DNA of 7,695 nt. Source: Verrucomicrobiota bacterium. Its GTDB lineage: Bacteria > Verrucomicrobiota > Verrucomicrobiia > Chthoniobacterales > UBA6821. Under the pieces are notes generated by a model. That model made no database searches. It was not told the origin of the DNA and worked only from the letters and a program-made list of their open reading frames with translations. The stretch is taken from assembly GCA_008932965.1 (NCBI GenBank), contig WBXG01000071.1, positions 1 to 7,695 on the forward strand, in the 5' to 3' direction. Shown in pieces: positions 5,529 through 7,695 of the stretch. The translations under genes were made by a program, and so were the position numbers. Each line of letters opens with the position of its first letter. The first letter of the stretch is position 1.

Positions 5529-7329
5529 GGAATTACCAACTACTCCGGGGTGCCAGGGTCCTATTGTCGGCATTGATCTTGGAACCACCCATTCTCTGGT
5601 GGGGTACTATGATTCTGGCTTTCCAATTCTTTTTTCAAATGAGGAAGGATCTCGGCTCACTCCCTCAGTGGTCTCCTATTTAGAAGGCTCTTTGCCGTGT
5701 GTGGGAAAAGCTGCTGTACGGCAACAGCTGCTTTATCCCGAGGAGACAATTACCTCCGTCAAGCATCTCATGGGACGTCGTATCAGTGATCCCGAATGTG
5801 TAGGGTGGGATCAGCTTATTGGAAGTCGCGGTGAACCGGTGAAGATCAAGCTCGGTCAACGCATTGTAACTCCAGAAGAGGTCTCTTCCGAAATTTTAAA
5901 AGAATTAAAAAAAACAGCAGAAGCTCGACTCGGAGTATTAGTCCAAAGAGCGATTATTACCGTTCCAGCTTATTTTAATGATGCTCAACGTCAGGCCACG
6001 CGGCGTGCAGGGGAGATTGCTGGATTGATAGTGGAGCGTATTATTAGTGAACCGACAGCTGCTGCCTTGGCCTATGGACTAGATAAGCTTCAGGATCACT
6101 CAAAAATTGCTGTCTATGATTTTGGCGGAGGGACTTTTGATCTCTCGGTGTTAAAGCTCGATCACGGTCTTTTCCAAGTCCTCTCTACCTGTGGTGATAC
6201 CAATCTCGGCGGAGATACGATTGATCAAGCTCTTACCGATTTTCTTCTTACCAAATTGAAATTAGAAAATAGTAGAGACTCAAAGATCCTGATGCGATTA
6301 CGTCAGGCTGGACGTCGCGCTAAGGAGGAGCTTTCCTTTGCCCAGGAGACAACAATTCACCTTCCTTTCATAGAGGGAAATCGAAGTATCGAAATCACTT
6401 TGACGCGTGTGGAGTTAGAAAAAATCGCACTCCCTGTTATCGAGCGAACACGCGCACTTTGCTTAAGGTCCTTAGCTGATGCAAACCTGAATGTAGAAGA
6501 TCTGGATGAGGTTATCCTAGTAGGGGGATCGACTCGTATTCCTGCTATTCGTGCTTTGGTAGAGGAACTTTTTAAAAAACCTCCCAATCTCACCCAGCAC
6601 CCCGACGAAGCCGTTGCCCTTGGTGCTGTATTGCAAGGGGCCCTCCTGGAAGGGAATCTACATGCCGTTACCCTTCTTGATGTTACTCCACTCTCCTTAG
6701 GAATCGAAACATTTGGGGGGCTCATGAATGTCATTATTCCTCGTAATACGACTATTCCCACAAAAGCTGGAGAGCTTTTTACTAATGCTGTTGCTGGTCA
6801 GGAGAAGATGAAAATCACCTTGCTTCAAGGAGAGCGAGAACGTGCCCAACATAATTGGAAATTAGGAGAACTAGAGCTTCCCTTCACGCCCGCACCGAAA
6901 GGACAGGCCCGGGTGGGGGTTCAATTTTCTTTAGATGTCAATGGTCTGCTTCAAGTGCTCGTGCGTGACGTTATCTCTGGAAAAGAAAAAATGGTGGAGA
7001 TCAGTCATGCTGTTGATGTTTCCGATGAGGCAGTAGAGGCCATGATTGCAGAGTCGTTAGAACATGCCTTTGAAGATCGTGATGCACGCCTCTTTGTTGA
7101 GGCACAGCTTCAAGCTGTAGAGATGCTCCCAGCTGTAGAAAAAGCCTTGCAAGAACTCGATGGCCTCATTTCTCCTGAAACTGTTGATACGGTTCGCACC
7201 TGTGCCACTCATGTTTCTCAGGCTTTAGAACGTGGTGCGTTAGCTCCTCTTAAAAAAGCACTCCTTGAACTTGATGAAGCTACACAAACCGTAGCAACGC
7301 TCTTGATTGAAAAAGCGATGCATGGCTAA
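5521..7329 (+). CDS. hscA: Fe-S cluster assembly chaperone HscA (Hsp70 family)
   Basis: Hsp70 ATPase signatures are present: [70 protein letters not shown] and [15 protein letters not shown] substrate-binding domain ([17 protein letters not shown]) and a helical lid follow. At ~600 aa it is shorter than DnaK, and it follows hscB, which favours HscA. I chose ATG-5521 (MNKELPTT...), which overlaps the hscB stop as ATGAATAA. The ORF track's upstream ATG-5500 is an alternative start. Confidence 0.93.
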   Translation: MNKELPTTPGCQGPIVGIDLGTTHSLVGYYDSGFPILFSNEEGSRLTPSVVSYLEGSLPCVGKAAVRQQLLYPEETITSVKHLMGRRISDPECVGWDQLIGSRGEPVKIKLGQRIVTPEEVSSEILKELKKTAEARLGVLVQRAIITVPAYFNDAQRQATRRAGEIAGLIVERIISEPTAAALAYGLDKLQDHSKIAVYDFGGGTFDLSVLKLDHGLFQVLSTCGDTNLGGDTIDQALTDFLLTKLKLENSRDSKILMRLRQAGRRAKEELSFAQETTIHLPFIEGNRSIEITLTRVELEKIALPVIERTRALCLRSLADANLNVEDLDEVILVGGSTRIPAIRALVEELFKKPPNLTQHPDEAVALGAVLQGALLEGNLHAVTLLDVTPLSLGIETFGGLMNVIIPRNTTIPTKAGELFTNAVAGQEKMKITLLQGERERAQHNWKLGELELPFTPAPKGQARVGVQFSLDVNGLLQVLVRDVISGKEKMVEISHAVDVSDEAVEAMIAESLEHAFEDRDARLFVEAQLQAVEMLPAVEKALQELDGLISPETVDTVRTCATHVSQALERGALAPLKKALLELDEATQTVATLLIEKAMHG

Positions 7330-7334
7330 CCTCA

Positions 7335-7372
7335 ATATTTCATACCGATCGTGACAAACCAGTATGAAATAT
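7335..7372 (+). terminator. AT-rich hairpin 6 nt after the hscA stop (possible weak terminator or REP-like structure)
   Basis: ATATTTCATAC (7335-7345) is the exact reverse complement of GTATGAAATAT (7362-7372). This gives an 11-bp stem with a 16-nt loop. No U-tract follows, so it is not a canonical intrinsic terminator. The right arm is the core of repeat copy B. Confidence 0.25.
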
Positions 7373-7388
7373 CTGGGCTAGGTTACGC
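7360..7388. repeat. Intergenic repeat copy B (CAGTATGAAATATCTGGGCTAGGTTACGC)
   Basis: Matches copy A (4448-4472): the first 14 nt are identical, followed by 2 substitutions and a 4-nt insertion, ending in the shared ACGC. It lies in the spacer after hscA. Confidence 0.7.
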
Positions 7389-7434
7389 AATGTACTTTTC
7401 ATCACCTTTCATGCCAAAAATAAAAATTTAAGTC

Positions 7435-7464
7435 TTCACATCATAGCAATGTTGAATGTATAAC
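7435..7464 (+). promoter_or_regulatory. Candidate sigma-70-type promoter for the downstream secreted-protein gene
   Basis: TTCACA (7435-7440, 5/6 to TTGACA), an 18-nt spacer, then TATAAC (7459-7464, 5/6 to TATAAT). It sits about 60 nt upstream of ATG-7523. This is a pattern match only, and the host's promoter consensus is unknown. Confidence 0.3.
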
Positions 7465-7479
7465 CACAAGAAATCATTC

Positions 7480-7491
7480 GCAAGATCTTGC
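7480..7491. promoter_or_regulatory. Perfect 12-bp palindrome GCAAGATCTTGC between the candidate promoter and the start codon (possible operator or 5'UTR hairpin)
   Basis: GCAAGA/TCTTGC is perfectly self-complementary. It lies ~16 nt downstream of the candidate -10 element and 32 nt upstream of ATG-7523. Confidence 0.25.
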
Positions 7492-7522
7492 TGATTCATT
7501 CCTGCTTCCTCCCGTACCCCTT

Positions 7523-7695
7523 ATGACTATTCAGTTCCCCCTTTTAGCTATTGCCCTCTTCATGATGGGTAACCTACCGATCTTACAAGCGGCCCCTCTC
7601 TATGATTCCGCTGAAGAGATGATTACATCGGATGACTATGGGGCCTTTCTCAACGCACTCGAAGCACAAAGAACATCCGAGTTTAGAGAAATCGA
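7523..7695 (+). CDS. Hypothetical secreted protein, 5' fragment (continues beyond the window)
   Basis: The frame is open from ATG-7523 to the window end (57 codons, no stop). The N-terminus MTIQFPLLAIALFMMGNLPILQA|APLYDS looks like a signal peptide with an AxA-type site, although it has no basic n-region. An acidic polar sequence follows. It is missing from the ORF track, probably because it is short and has no stop codon in the window. Confidence 0.5.
   Translation, partial: MTIQFPLLAIALFMMGNLPILQAAPLYDSAEEMITSDDYGAFLNALEAQRTSEFREI

Noticed and set aside
6357-6761. 134-aa minus-strand ORF inside hscA
   Set aside because: It is antisense to a region of hscA that carries unmistakable Hsp70 motifs. 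The Arg/Ser-rich translation is characteristic of an antisense shadow frame.
7330-7522. The 193-bp non-coding spacer, considered as a possible tRNA or small RNA gene
   Set aside because: There is no tRNA-like cloverleaf or T-loop (GTTCRANYC) motif, and no strong structured element beyond the AT-rich hairpin and a 12-bp palindrome. Promoter and leader sequence of the next gene explain it better.
1-7695. Scanned for mobile elements, CRISPR arrays, toxin-antitoxin pairs and defence-system hallmarks
   Set aside because: I found no transposase, integrase or recombinase motifs, no terminal inverted repeats flanking a gene, no regularly spaced direct repeats, no small two-gene overlapping cassettes, and no nuclease, helicase or methylase signatures other than RuvA. 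The window reads as core chromosome.

Overview
Moderately AT-rich bacterial chromosomal segment that is densely coding, with nine protein-coding genes and no rRNA, tRNA, CRISPR array, transposase, integrase or recognisable defence gene. In order: a small membrane protein of unknown function (74-577, +); ruvA (618-1226, +); a convergent, signal-peptide-bearing protein whose C-terminal half resembles an RlpA/expansin-type double-psi beta-barrel (1257-2225, -); then a co-directional + strand run of rodA (2352-3446), an orphan 326-aa protein with a Ser/Phe-rich low-complexity N-terminus (3465-4445), an A-type Fe-S carrier (iscA-like, 4530-4904), the J-protein hscB (4929-5528) and the Hsp70 hscA (5521-7329); and finally the 5' end of a probable secreted protein (7523-7695, truncated by the window edge). 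Most of this is housekeeping: recombination, cell-wall elongation and Fe-S cluster maturation. I see no clearly novel multi-gene system. The points worth follow-up are the orphan gene immediately after rodA, the secreted DPBB-like protein divergent from rodA, an approximately 25-nt motif repeated in two intergenic spacers (its core also appears as an inverted copy and upstream of rodA), and an iscA-hscB-hscA module separated from iscS/iscU/fdx. Weak or absent Shine-Dalgarno sequences and split housekeeping operons hint at a PVC-type (Chlamydiae/Verrucomicrobia-like) or similar host, but that is speculation from sequence style only.
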